Source: Strigamia acuminata | Lineage: Eukaryota | Assembly: GCA_949358305.1 (NCBI GenBank) | Contig: OX442314.1 | Location: forward strand, 18,228,001 to 18,292,000 | Length of the DNA: 64,000 nucleotides | Direction of reading: 5' to 3' | In this document: positions 11,678-23,117 of the stretch, piece after piece | How positions within the stretch are numbered: the first letter of the stretch is position 1 | How the letters are laid out: each line of letters starts with the position of its first letter | Notes under the pieces: generated by a model | Told to the model about the DNA's origin: nothing | What the model saw: the letters and a program-made list of their open reading frames with translations, nothing else | Database searches by the model: none | Program-made: the position numbers and the translations under genes

Positions 11678-14600
11678 TTGGCTAACATTGAGCCATTAAA
11701 TGATGCGAACTATTTCCTATGGGAATCGAGAGTGGAGGGAGTCCTCAGGGCCAAGAAATTGTGGAAAGAAGTAATAATTGGAGCCGAACCGCAGCGAGGA
11801 GTCCAAGGAGAAGCAGATTGTGATGCAAAAGAGAAAACTTGGAACGATTGGGACGATAAAAACGCGGCGGCCCACTTCACGATGATCAGCACCATGACGG
11901 CACCACAAGTTTTGAAATACTCAAACACAAAAGGTGCAAAGGCACTTTGGGATTTGGTGAAAACAAATATGGCGGCAAAAACCCAAGAATTACAAATGAG
12001 GAGTGCCTGCGAGCTGACACAGCTGAAAATGAGCAGTAAAGAAGATGTTGACACGTACATGAACAGGGCCGAAGCCATAATTAACCGCTGTGCGAAACTT
12101 GGCAAAAATATAGACGACTACGAGTGCAAGTTTTACGTGACGAAAGGACTGAGACGAGAGTTTGACGCGAATGTGCGCGCAATTGAAGTGCAGGCGGATT
12201 TAGACATGTCAAAAATCCGCAACATACTAAAAATGGAGGAAGGTCGAATTTCAACTAGAAAAGAAGAGAAAAATACGACAACAAACGAGGCTGCACTAAA
12301 AACACGAGAGAAGGGACAAAAGCCAAAGCGCACATGCTTCAACTGTGGCCGTGGAGGACATATGGCAAGAGAATGCTACAGTGAAGCAAAATGTTACAAC
12401 TGCCAGGAGTTTGGTCACTTATCGAAAGATTGTTCGAAACCGAAACGAGAATTTAGAAGTGGCGAGTCAAAAGGACGTGGACGAGGCAGAGGCGGTCAGC
12501 GAGGTCGCGGCAGAGGAAAAAGCGAAATATCAATGATGGCGTACGAGGAAAAGCCTGAATTCACACTTATGACGTACGAAATGGATGAAAACACCAATGA
12601 TGAAGAGACAAATGAAGAACCAAATGAAGAAAAAGATTGGGTGTTGGATTCCGGAGCGACAAGCCACATGACGGCGCTGGATGCAAAACATTTCGACACA
12701 TTTGATGAGGATGAGAAGAATATTGGAATGGCCAAAAAGGGAAAAAGCATGAAGTCGATTGGAACGGGCGAGATTGTGCTCGAACACGACGGGAAAAATT
12801 CCAGATTGAAGAAAGTGTTGTGCATACCACAAATTGGAAGCAATTTGTTGTCAGTATCGAAAATAGTCGATAATGGACTAAAAGTCACATTCTCCAAAAC
12901 GAGCGCAACAATTGACGATGAGAATGGAGAAGAAGTTATGACGGTACCAAGAAAAGGAGACATGTTTGTGTTACAGGCCAACATAAAAGAAAATGAGAAG
13001 TCTTATAAAGCGGAGGAAAAAGACAACAATTGGCACGTGAGATTGGGACACCTGAATTACAACACGCTGAGAGAGATGAAAAATGAAGAACTAGCATACG
13101 GCATAGAAATTAGCAGCAAAGGTGGCGCCGTGTGTGAACCATGCATCGCGGGAAAGATGAAAAAGACGTCGCATAAGTCGGTAACAGACCGCCAATCGTC
13201 AAGCATAATGGAATTATGGCACATTGACCTAATTGGACCAATCGGACCAGAATCTCGAGGAGGCGCAAACTATATAATGACTGTAGTGGACGATTGGAGT
13301 AGGATGCTAATGATTAAGACGTTAAATGCAAAAAGCGACGCGAAGGAGAAGTTAACAGAACTTATCATTGGGATGGAAAGACAGACTGACAAAAAACTGA
13401 AAAAACTACGAAGCGACAATGGCGGCGAGTTCTTGTCCAAAAGTATGAAAGAATGGACGACAAAAAGAGGCATTGAACACCAGCTGACCACAGCATTTAA
13501 CCCGGCTAGCAATGGCGTCGCGGAACGCGCAAACCGGACAATACTTGAGATGTTGAGAGCAATATTGAAAGATTGCAAACTGCCAAAGATTTTCTGGGCA
13601 GAGTGCGCATCGTCAGTGGCGCACATCCGCAACAGGTGCAAATCGTCAGTCCATGGACGCACACCATTTGAGATATGGTTTGGCAGAAAACCAAATTTAA
13701 AATATTTGAGAAGATTTGGATGTATAGCATATGTGCTAATTAAAGACCACAAACGAAAGAAACTGGACCCAAAGGCGGAAAAAGCAATATTTATTGGATA
13801 CTCGAATACGAGGAAGGCGTACCGGATTTACCACCCAGAAAACGACTCGATAAGCGAAGAAATCGATGTAAAATTTGACGAAAGTAAAACGGGCGCAGAC
13901 TTGCTGAATGGGGAAATCCAAGACAGTGAAGAGGAGACAGTCAAAATCGATCTGAACTGCGAAGAAAATGAAGACGAATCAGACGATGCCCAGGATGAAG
14001 AGCAAAACGAGATAAATGAAGAAGAGGAGGAAACAAATGAACCAGAGGACAACGCGGAAGAAAATGACGATCAAGATGAACGTGCCGAACCACCACAGAG
14101 AGGACGACCGGCAGGAGTGACCAGAGAAATGAAATTGGTCGCAGACACGATGCAAAGAGAGGAACGTGAACGACAGTTGGTCGCCCAAGGAGCACGAAGG
14201 TCAGAGAGAATTAAGACAAAGCAAATGGCATTACTAGTAGAAGAAATTCTAACGCCGAAAAACTATAATGAAGCGACAAATTCCAACAACGCGACGGAAT
14301 GGAGAGCCGCGATGGATGACGAGATGAGCTCGATGAAACAACACGGAGTGTGGAAAATTGGAAAATTACCAAAAGGAAAGAAGGCGGTGAAATCCAAGTG
14401 GGTTTATAAAGTGAAGTTAAATTCCGAGGGGGAACCGGAAAGATTCCGAGCAAGACTAGTAGCCACTGGATACTCGCAGAAATTCGGGGACGATTACGAG
14501 ATGACCTTTGCCCCGGTTATACGAATAGAGACTCTCAGAATGCTGATTAATGTAGCAGCAAAAATTAACCGACCATTGAAACAACATGACGTCAAAGCCG

Positions 14601-15793
14601 CATATCTTCACGGCAAGCTGAAGGAGATGATATTTATGATACAGCCAGAAGGATATGTTGAAGGAGGAAAAGGACATGTTTGTCAACTAATTAAGAGCAT
14701 CTATGGATTAAAACAGGCGGGGAGATGTTGGTTTGAGATGTTAGATAAAACATTGAAGAAAATTGGATTCAAACCATCTCCAGAGGACCCATGCCTTTAC
14801 GTGATTTTTGTTGATGGCAACTTTATGTTCCTAGGCGTATACGTAGACGACGACTTATCCTTAGCATCCACGGATGAATTTGAGACGGAACTAATGTCAA
14901 AAATGAAAGAAGAAATAGAATTCGTGAGCATAGGCAGACTGGAATACATTTTAGGAATCCAGGTCGAATATAGAAATGGAAGAATCAACATCCACCAAGG
15001 CGGATACATCAAAAGATTGGTGGAGAGCGAGGGATTGGAAGGATGCAATGCGGCAATAACCCCAGTGAACCCCAATCAAAATTTGGTTGAATTTGAAGAA
15101 AGTGAGAAAGTTGACGCAACACAGTATCAAGAACTGCTGGGCAAGATGATGTACCTTGCCACACACACGAGACCAGACCTGAGTTTTCCGATGAGCCTGT
15201 TATCTCAGTATAACAAGGACCCGCGCAAAATTCATTACATTGCGCTTAAACGCGTGTTGAGATACCTGAAGGGGACGGTCGATTACAAACTCAGTTACGG
15301 AGGAGAAGAGAGCCACATCCACGGCTACTCGGACGCGAGTTGGGACCGGACATCGAACGCACGATCATTCTCCGGATTCATCACACTTGACGGAAGTTCG
15401 ATTATTAACTGGAAGTGCCAGAAACAGGCGATTGTCGCAATGTCGAGTACAGAGAGTGAGCTCTTGGCGCTGACCGAAGGAGTGCGAGAATTAATTTGGT
15501 TGAAACAACTCGCGATTGGACTAAATGGAGAAGTCGACGACGGAGAGACCACGACGATGCACTGTGATAGTTTGAATGCAGTAAAACTGTTGCGAGGCGG
15601 TGCACAAAAGACGAGAACCAAGCACTTAAATCGCAAAGTGCATTTCATCAAACAAGAGATCGAGGATGGAAACATTATCGTGGAACATGTCCCAAGCGAG
15701 GACATGTTGGCGGACTTTTTAACGAAGCCTTTAGCCGGACCTGCACTAAACGGAATACTAAAAGCATTAGGACTAAAGACTGTGGGGGAATAA
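11678..15793 (+). CDS. Copia Gag-Pol polyprotein (1371 aa from a TTG; likely original ATG at 11654 blocked by TAA)
   Basis: Two CCHC knuckles (CFNCGRGGHMAREC, CYNCQEFGHLSKDC), protease WVLDSGATSHM, integrase WHVRLGH..CEPC / DNGGEF / NGVAER, RT YVDD, RNase H YSDASW and MLADFLTKPL. Confidence 0.96.
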   Translation: MANIEPLNDANYFLWESRVEGVLRAKKLWKEVIIGAEPQRGVQGEADCDAKEKTWNDWDDKNAAAHFTMISTMTAPQVLKYSNTKGAKALWDLVKTNMAAKTQELQMRSACELTQLKMSSKEDVDTYMNRAEAIINRCAKLGKNIDDYECKFYVTKGLRREFDANVRAIEVQADLDMSKIRNILKMEEGRISTRKEEKNTTTNEAALKTREKGQKPKRTCFNCGRGGHMARECYSEAKCYNCQEFGHLSKDCSKPKREFRSGESKGRGRGRGGQRGRGRGKSEISMMAYEEKPEFTLMTYEMDENTNDEETNEEPNEEKDWVLDSGATSHMTALDAKHFDTFDEDEKNIGMAKKGKSMKSIGTGEIVLEHDGKNSRLKKVLCIPQIGSNLLSVSKIVDNGLKVTFSKTSATIDDENGEEVMTVPRKGDMFVLQANIKENEKSYKAEEKDNNWHVRLGHLNYNTLREMKNEELAYGIEISSKGGAVCEPCIAGKMKKTSHKSVTDRQSSSIMELWHIDLIGPIGPESRGGANYIMTVVDDWSRMLMIKTLNAKSDAKEKLTELIIGMERQTDKKLKKLRSDNGGEFLSKSMKEWTTKRGIEHQLTTAFNPASNGVAERANRTILEMLRAILKDCKLPKIFWAECASSVAHIRNRCKSSVHGRTPFEIWFGRKPNLKYLRRFGCIAYVLIKDHKRKKLDPKAEKAIFIGYSNTRKAYRIYHPENDSISEEIDVKFDESKTGADLLNGEIQDSEEETVKIDLNCEENEDESDDAQDEEQNEINEEEEETNEPEDNAEENDDQDERAEPPQRGRPAGVTREMKLVADTMQREERERQLVAQGARRSERIKTKQMALLVEEILTPKNYNEATNSNNATEWRAAMDDEMSSMKQHGVWKIGKLPKGKKAVKSKWVYKVKLNSEGEPERFRARLVATGYSQKFGDDYEMTFAPVIRIETLRMLINVAAKINRPLKQHDVKAAYLHGKLKEMIFMIQPEGYVEGGKGHVCQLIKSIYGLKQAGRCWFEMLDKTLKKIGFKPSPEDPCLYVIFVDGNFMFLGVYVDDDLSLASTDEFETELMSKMKEEIEFVSIGRLEYILGIQVEYRNGRINIHQGGYIKRLVESEGLEGCNAAITPVNPNQNLVEFEESEKVDATQYQELLGKMMYLATHTRPDLSFPMSLLSQYNKDPRKIHYIALKRVLRYLKGTVDYKLSYGGEESHIHGYSDASWDRTSNARSFSGFITLDGSSIINWKCQKQAIVAMSSTESELLALTEGVRELIWLKQLAIGLNGEVDDGETTTMHCDSLNAVKLLRGGAQKTRTKHLNRKVHFIKQEIEDGNIIVEHVPSEDMLADFLTKPLAGPALNGILKALGLKTVGE

Positions 15794-15895
15794 TGACTTT
15801 ATTGTGTGCAGTGTTCATATTGATTGTTTTTATATAATTGTGTTTATTAAGAAGTGTTTTAGTAACGAAATCGAATTGTTGATTTTGGGGGAATT

Positions 15896-16103
15896 TGTTG
15901 GGAAGTTTAATGTGGAAAATCACCACTTGATGTCATTAATAGTGTAGCTTGTGTAGTTTTTTGCTTGTGTATCCTGTGGTGACACTCATACCATATATGG
16001 AGTGCTCACTTCCTGTGTTCCCCACTCATCTGCTCAATGTGTAACTGTGAGGACACACATTTCATTGTATTAAACTCAACCGTATTTATCTTGAATCATA
16101 ACA
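15896..16103 (+). repeat. Copia 3' LTR
   Basis: Direct repeat of 11145-11352, preceded by gggggaa (PPT-like). Confidence 0.97.
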
Positions 16104-16484
16104 TTTTATTCACTATCATAAGAAACAATACAAAAAAATAATAGATTCAAAAATTCAAAGGTTTTTTTTTTTATAAAATTCCTATGTTTACCCACTACTT
16201 TTGAATTCAATGTCAATTATTTTTGTCTAACTCTTTTAACAAATACCGAATTGGTTAAAAAAAATTATAAGCATGAAACAGTCAAAGAATAGAATCATTT
16301 TCATACATTTAAGAAAAACCTTTTGTGGCCTTGGGTCAGAAATGACCTGAATTGATTACGGGTTTTTTTTAGATTGGTACTGCTAGGGTTAGTAATTGAG
16401 AATTAATGATAGGATTAGAAAATTTATGGAGGAGCGCTTATTACTCTTAGGGTTTTCGTACAACAACAAATACCGTATTTTTTT

Positions 16485-19400
16485 TTACCATAATTTGCAA
16501 ATTTTTGTTTTGTTTAGTGGAGGACATTTAAACACACTGCTAAATTCTTCAGAGTTTGCCAGAGAGCCAAGCACACTATAAAAAGACACATATTTATACA
16601 ACAATTCGTTTATCACAATTTGTATTTCGTCTTACCGAAATTTAGGTGGACTATGACTACCAAAATTATTATTAAGTTCCTCACGGGAGTCAACATATCT
16701 AACACACCAGAACTGTAAACATGATATTTCTGTATTACTTAGTAACTTAGTAAGCACAAATAGAGAAAGTCTACTTGTGAAAAACTGATGAAAAATATTT
16801 GTTCCGCAGTAAAATTACGTAATATATCTGGCATTATTTCGGCACCATTTTCTTGTTTCCATTTCTGATAAGCCTGTATATTATAAACGTGAAATGAATT
16901 AATGAATGATAGGGAAAATGAATTTTAGACTAACCCAATATGCATGTTGAATAGCACTATTGTCAGCAATGTTCTCATTCACAGTTAATTCACCGTTGAG
17001 CTGTTAAAATCATATATTAGATACTGTTAAACTTTTATTTTATTTAAAATTGAATGCCTTACTTGGGAAGTTGGATAACCTGTAATATTTATACTAAAGT
17101 TTGAGTACTGGTCAACGAAACATTGACTTTTTTCTTTAAATACTTGATACGTTTGAGTTGAAAGCAAATTTTGAAGATTGCCAAACTTATTGAATTGGAT
17201 ACCTGTAATAAACCTTTCTAGAAATGAGCAATTTTTGATTTTAATACGGCACCTCCATTATCAAAACCGTGAATTAGTTCGTGTCCTAGAAACGAGCCAA
17301 TTCCTCCATAGTTCATAGCACTAAATAGAAGTAAGAAATTAAACAAAATGATTATTTTTTAATAAAATAAAATTTTACATTCATTTTTATATACGGTACC
17401 GTAGTCTATCTGTATCAAATACAGGCTGTTGCAAAATTGCAGTAGTAATGACTTTAAACGGTAGATTAAAATTTTAATTAAGAACAATTAAATGCAGGGA
17501 AAACTTACAGAAAGAATTGTCAAAAGGACTGTAAAGTCCATTAGACTCCAGGATATCGTAAGGCCAACTGTTAGAATAAAAAATAATAATTTATAAAAAT
17601 GATTATCTGTACAAAGTACGAGTGTGGCCTTATTACTCTTCTAGGATTTCTTGAGACGATTTTAGTTTATCGAACTTTTTGTGAACGAGAAACATTATTG
17701 TATGTAAAAAGTTTATGATGTGGCTGTTTCCAATGTCAATCTATGGAGGAATTAAAGTAATATTTACTTCACTTTGCGCAAATACAGTTATAGGTTAATG
17801 TGTATGCCTTTTCATAAAATTTCTCAAGTTTAGCTCCATCTTTTGACCAATTTGGAAAAAGGTAATTTCGTTTCAAGTTACCTAACTTGGCTTTCGCCAG
17901 TTTTCTCGATGTTTCATCTAACCAAGGAAGTTCATCTAGACGCTCTTGAAAAACATCGACCAAATGTTGAGCGATTTCGTCCGCCTAAAAAAAAGTACAG
18001 CACCTTACATTGACAAAACTGTACGTTACATGTATATGAATTGAAGAATTATTCAATGTACCCTGTGTGGTCCGGACTTAGGATGGGTCCCAGATCCCAG
18101 AGAGTAATAAACAAAATGGTACAATCCACAATAAAATATCTACTTTTTGGAAAATTACCACTTTAAATTTTATAACAGTGCAAATAAATTTTGTTAACCT
18201 ATGGAAGATAAATTTTTTTCAGTTTCAAGTACCAGTACCAGTAAGTCCTATTAAGTGGCATAAACATCCTTTGAGATTCAATAAGATTAACATTTTCCCG
18301 GGCTATTTTTTTAATACTGTGGTCAAGGCTGTCAAGACTGTTGACGTCATTTTCCAGAGTCAAGAGACTGGACCAAAACTGACGTCATTGAATATCAATA
18401 GATTTTTAACTCACCTTGGTAGGTAAACTTAAAACAGCTAAACGAAAGAGATGTTTTTTTCCCATAGGTGTACGTCATCGCAATTTCGTCTCATGAACGT
18501 TTCGAAACATGTTGGAATTGCAATAGTTAGATTCAGGTCTATTATGACCTTTAAGTGGTTTGTTCCCGGTAGCTGACAAAGCCGACACTCCTGTCGAGTG
18601 TGTGGTATAAAGGTGGAAACACAAGGGAGCGCGAAAAATTCCAAAGCTTGCTAGTACAAGTTTAAAGAGGGAGTCATTTATAAGCTTACTTGACCCGCTT
18701 TTGGCTTACCAGCTTAACTGGCAAACTCAAGCTAGCTAGGTAGCTAGCTGGAAATTCCCGCCAAAATCTCCTCCAAGAATTTCCTCGCGATTCTGATTGG
18801 CTGTCAAAGTCACATGACCAAAACACCAGCAAGCTTGAAGCTGGTAAATCAAACTCAGTTTGATTGGAGCAGGTGAGTACAAGCTCGCTTCAAAACAAAG
18901 CTTTGAATAAAAACGCAAGCTTGTGTTTGCTCAAGCTGGAGAGTTTTTAAGCCGCTTTTTTAAGTAAAAGCAAGCTTTTAAACTTTACCCGCTCAATTTT
19001 GTTTCCTTCTTAAACCCTGGTCAGGATCGTAGAGAACGACTTTACACAAGCTGGGTCTTGTGAGAGGGACTGAACTTTGGACGTGGTTGCACTACTACTA
19101 CTATATCCCTTTGTCCAAACGTCCCTGGGACAACTGTCGGGACTAAAACTTTGCCTAGGAGCAAGGAGTTGCCAAGGGCCATCGTATTGACAGTGACTTC
19201 TGTCCAGCTGACATTCACAGCTTTGTCTGATGTTGAGAATAAGAGGCCGCCCGGATACGGTAGAGAATTTAACATTGCTCGGTATTGATGGGGTTGGGCC
19301 TCCCAAACTTGTGCAAACCTCAGAGCATCAAGATGGGTCTGTGTCCAAATCACACACAGTACACTTTATTTACTTGCATATTCGATTATTTCTTCAATTT

Positions 19401-22400
19401 TATAATACTGGTTGGCATACTCAACGCCGAGGCCTAATCTAAACCAAGACGATACAATTTGTACACATTGTTGCCAATCTTTCCTTGGTTGTGATTTCAT
19501 AATAGTTTTATAAGTTGATAGAATATCAAATGAAGGCTTAAGCATTTCTTGAAATTCGTAAACAAAAGTTGAGTCGATGTCGACTAGTGTCATTATCGAC
19601 AATACTTCTAAATTGATGAGACTAAATATAATTTTATTTAGTGATGTTGTAGTTTGTTACTTCGATTAAAAACAGACCTTATGAAATCAAAATTAGGTTG
19701 ATCAAGGATAAGAGCTAATTCCGTGAAATATTCTTCATTCTCGATTCCAATTTCATCTGCAGGTGTGAACGTTTTTATGCCTTCAAACACTTGGTTGAAA
19801 TACTTGAGCCAATTAATCTATGACGGTTAAACGTTACAAATAAATCAGTATAATTTACTAATAACTCACTTTTTTTGTAAGTATAGTGAAATCTGTAATG
19901 GTGATTTTCTTATAATTCATTTCAGTAAAATTTGTGACTCCAGTAAAATTCGATGTGATTGAGGTATCTAAATTCTGATTATAAAATGATTTGGGTAAAA
20001 TTTGTATAAATTGAGGTGTGAAAAGTTCTACCACTTTAAATAGTTGATATATAAGCGATTCAATTTTGTCCACACTCTGTTGTACATAGGAACGATTAAA
20101 ACTCGTGGTCACTTGCTTCAGTATATAAGCAATTCTGTTCGAGTGTCTTTGAGAAGGCCGAGACATCTAAAATCAGAAAGAAAAAATACATTACTAAAAA
20201 TACATACTATTCTAGTAAGTAGTAAGAATACAATTATCTCTTACAGTCAAAATTGTTTTAGTGTTATTGATTATATCACGTCTTACGTCCATTTTGAACA
20301 AGAACCCATCAGTAGGCCAACCACGTTGTCTAATTCGGGCTAAGAGTCCGAAAAAAACATCAAAATTGCTAATGTTGTTGTAGAATGGCCATTTTACTCC
20401 TTCAATGAGTGGCAAGCCATGGATTTCCTTAGTTATCTCGTCATTTACAATGAGGTAAGCCTGAGTATCAGTATAATCTAAATGGCAATCGTTATACGTA
20501 TTAGGGAATTAAATTAATACTGCCAACACATAGGAGGACATGTACACAGTGGCGTTTCTGGGGTTCTAGGCTGTGGTCCTATAAATTTGTGCTTTCTTCC
20601 CACGTTAAAAGAAATAAGAAATACTGCCGTATTTGATGAGTATTGACAACGGACAACAAAATAATAAAATAAAATTAATTAGGTGGAAAATAATGCAAGT
20701 ACAATCTAAACTATTCAATAAATAGAATAATATTTTTTTTTACGGGAATTGCACCAAAATAAATATAAAATATATTTTGGCATTTCACCGCTTGCTCATT
20801 GACCGAGTTAAGTTGACACCATAGTTTTGGGAACCCTGAACTGAAACGCCCTGTGGACAAAAAAAATCTTCCCTGCATTACGGATGATTAAATTTGTCTG
20901 CAAGGAGGCACAAAGAGCCATTGAGGATTCATGACATCAGCATTTCGGGTCGGGTCATTTCCTCGAATCCCGTTTCATCGAATCCCGTTTTTTTGCGCTT
21001 TTTGAAATGTGCGAAAATGGGGGTCGTTTCATCGAATTCTAAATTAGGCGGTACGTTTCATCGAATTTTCGGCCATCATCGGGGATGTTATTCAAGTGGC
21101 TACGTGGTTAGGTTAGGTTGTGTTAGGTCAGGTTAGATCAGGTTAGGTTAGGTCAGGTCAGGTCAGGTCAGGTTAGGTTAGGTTAGGTTAGGTCAGGTCA
21201 GGTCAGGTCAGGTTAGGTTAGGTTAGGTTAGGTCAGGTCAGGTCAGGTTAGGTTAGGTTAGGTTAGGTCAGGTCAGGTCAGGTCAGGTTAGGTTGTTGGT
21301 TTTGATGTTTGTACCGTTTCATCGAATTTTGCGAAAAACGGTACGTTTCATCGAAAAGAAACGGGATTCGATGAAACGGGATTCGAGGAAATGACCCGAC
21401 TTCCAGCATTTGCCTGGTCTGTTTTAGACTTCTAAACCTGATATTTAGAAAGTCTAATAAAACGGTTCTGTCCGTCTGTCTGTTTGTCCGCATCAATTCC
21501 GCAAAAATTATAGCAGCTAGAGCCAAACGGACAACTGCAATGAACTCAGCATACCTATATTAGGTTTCTAAGGTATTTTCGTATTTTTCCGACCTCCGGT
21601 TTAATAAAAACAAACCGGTTTTATTCGACTTTTAGCGTTCTATTACACCTGCTACCGGAAATGACATATTAGTCCACCGTAACGGTATCCGCCAGGTGGC
21701 GTTGTTTTACATTAGATTACATTTTGCGGTAATTTGTCATTTTCTCCCTTGTATCTTTATTGCAAATCAATCGCAATTAAATCAAATATCAACTTTGGAA
21801 TCATTTTTGATCGAATTTTGGTGGGATTTTGTTTGTTGTTGCTTTATTTTGGCCAAAATTTTTTTTTTATTACTTTATGTTCTTTTATTTTGGTGTTTAA
21901 TTTAGGGACAGACGGACAGAAAGTGTAGAAGGGGTTTAGAAGTCTAATATGTAATGCTTCCATGCATTACAGATATTTACTTGTTTTTAATATTGCGGTC
22001 AAGGCAAGGCAATTGACTACATTTTCTAGAGTGAAGAGACAGGACCAAGGCTGATGTCTTTGAATCTGGCAGATAAATCTGACCAAAAAGGAGCAGTTTG
22101 TTTACTTTGGTTCATGCATGCTTCATACGCTTTTCGAGCTTTCGTTAGATGCATCCTAGATGAGTTGGTGGATTCCGATTCCAGCATTTCTAAAAGTTCA
22201 GTGAATTGAATTACATTTTAGATACAAATATTTTAATGTACAAATACTTCGCAAACGTTTCTTTATTATGACATCTTGCTCGTGAAATTTATTTAGAGTA
22301 TGAAAATCGTCGATTTCAGCGTGCTGCATCCAATTACCACAAGCGTATTGGTAGAAATTGTCACATGGTTTTACAGATGTGTCCAAGGATCCAAGAAGTT

Positions 22401-23117
22401 GAGCAGCTTGAGTAATGTTTATTTAGATTATGAGCTTTTTCTTAACCACAGATAGGGTTTGTTATTTAAGATATTGTTGTGTTCTTTATGCGTAACGTGT
22501 ATGGTTTTCGAATTGCAATGACACCTTACAAGTTTATGATTTAGAATTTTTCAATATCTGGATATTTAAAGTTGATAAAAACAATTTTGGAACATTCGAT
22601 TTTTACTATAAATTCTTAAATAAAAATTCCTATACAGGCGTACGGTGTATAGTACGTACCATGCATATAGCAGTTTGCAGTGTCGCAAGCACTATATGCT
22701 GAAGCAATTGTACTATTAAAATAAGGATTTTGCACGATATTGCTTGGATGATTTCCATCATTTGTTGATTCTATTTTGATGGCTAAATTGATAAAATGAT
22801 AAATAACAGGTTATCTAACCTTTTTGTAACCAATTAAGAATTAATAACCTAAACTCATGGTTACGATGACTAGAGAAATGATAATAGCAACCAAGGCGAT
22901 GTTAATATAAATATTTTTATGTTTTTTCACATTAAAGATTTTTTTTGGGCTGTTTAAAAAATGGAAATTAGTTTTTACAAGTCGTAATTGACTAATTTTA
23001 CCTTTGGTCAGCATATGATATCATCGGCATTTCAGATAAATTGAGTAGTGGCGACTCCGTAGAATTATCAGCACGCATTTCCCATATTTCTTGTTTTCTG
23101 TCAGTTAGGGTAGCCAT
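16485..23117 (-). CDS. M13 family (neprilysin-like) metallopeptidase, gene B, recent duplicate of gene A
   Basis: Same exon structure as A with alignable introns. [32 protein letters not shown]. Confidence 0.92.
20946..21403. mobile_element. MITE with long TIRs and internal (GGTTA/GGTCA)n pentamer array, in a gene B intron
   Basis: About 40-bp TIRs (gtcgggtcatttcctcgaatcccgtttcatcgaatcccgttt), cagcattt duplicated at 20938-20945 and 21404-21411. The site in gene A near 5916-5924 is empty. Confidence 0.92.
21105..21292. repeat. Mixed (TTAGG)n/(TCAGG)n pentanucleotide array
   Basis: Alternating blocks of ggtta and ggtca units, read directly. Confidence 0.95.
21423..21985 (+). mobile_element. 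DINE-1/Helentron-type non-autonomous rolling-circle element
   Basis: Subterminal inverted repeats ttagacttctaaacc / ggtttagaagtctaa, partial 5' inverted repeat, ctgtccgtctgtctgt microsatellite, 3' hairpin tgtaatgc-ttccat-gcattaca, inserted in a T-run without TSD, absent from gene A. Confidence 0.8.

Larger units (their letters stand above)
11145..16103 (+). mobile_element. Full-length Ty1/copia LTR retrotransposon
   Basis: Two 208-bp TG...CA LTRs, TSD TTTTA (11140-11144 and 16104-16108), PBS, short purine tract before the 3' LTR, single gag-pol ORF in PR-IN-RT-RH order. Confidence 0.98.
11037..16392. mobile_element. Older foldback/MITE-like element interrupted by the copia insertion
   Basis: Left arm (ccccaacctagggtcaattttaacc...aaaagaggtttt, ~11037-11092) is an imperfect inverted match to ~16315-16350 and to the paralogous 1841-1890 sequence. 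Boundaries are approximate. Confidence 0.5.

Noticed and set aside
11710..15926. Many minus-strand ORFs over the copia ORF
   Set aside because: Antisense shadows of a purine-rich coding strand with no recognisable domains.
18330..19353. Protein-coding ORFs in the long gene B intron
   Set aside because: Short overlapping ORFs with non-ATG starts and no motifs; more likely repeat debris, part of which resembles intron sequence near 5940-6010.
21105..21292. Telomere or chromosome-fusion scar
   Set aside because: The array is enclosed by TIRs and a TSD and is absent from the paralogous intron, so it is MITE-internal.
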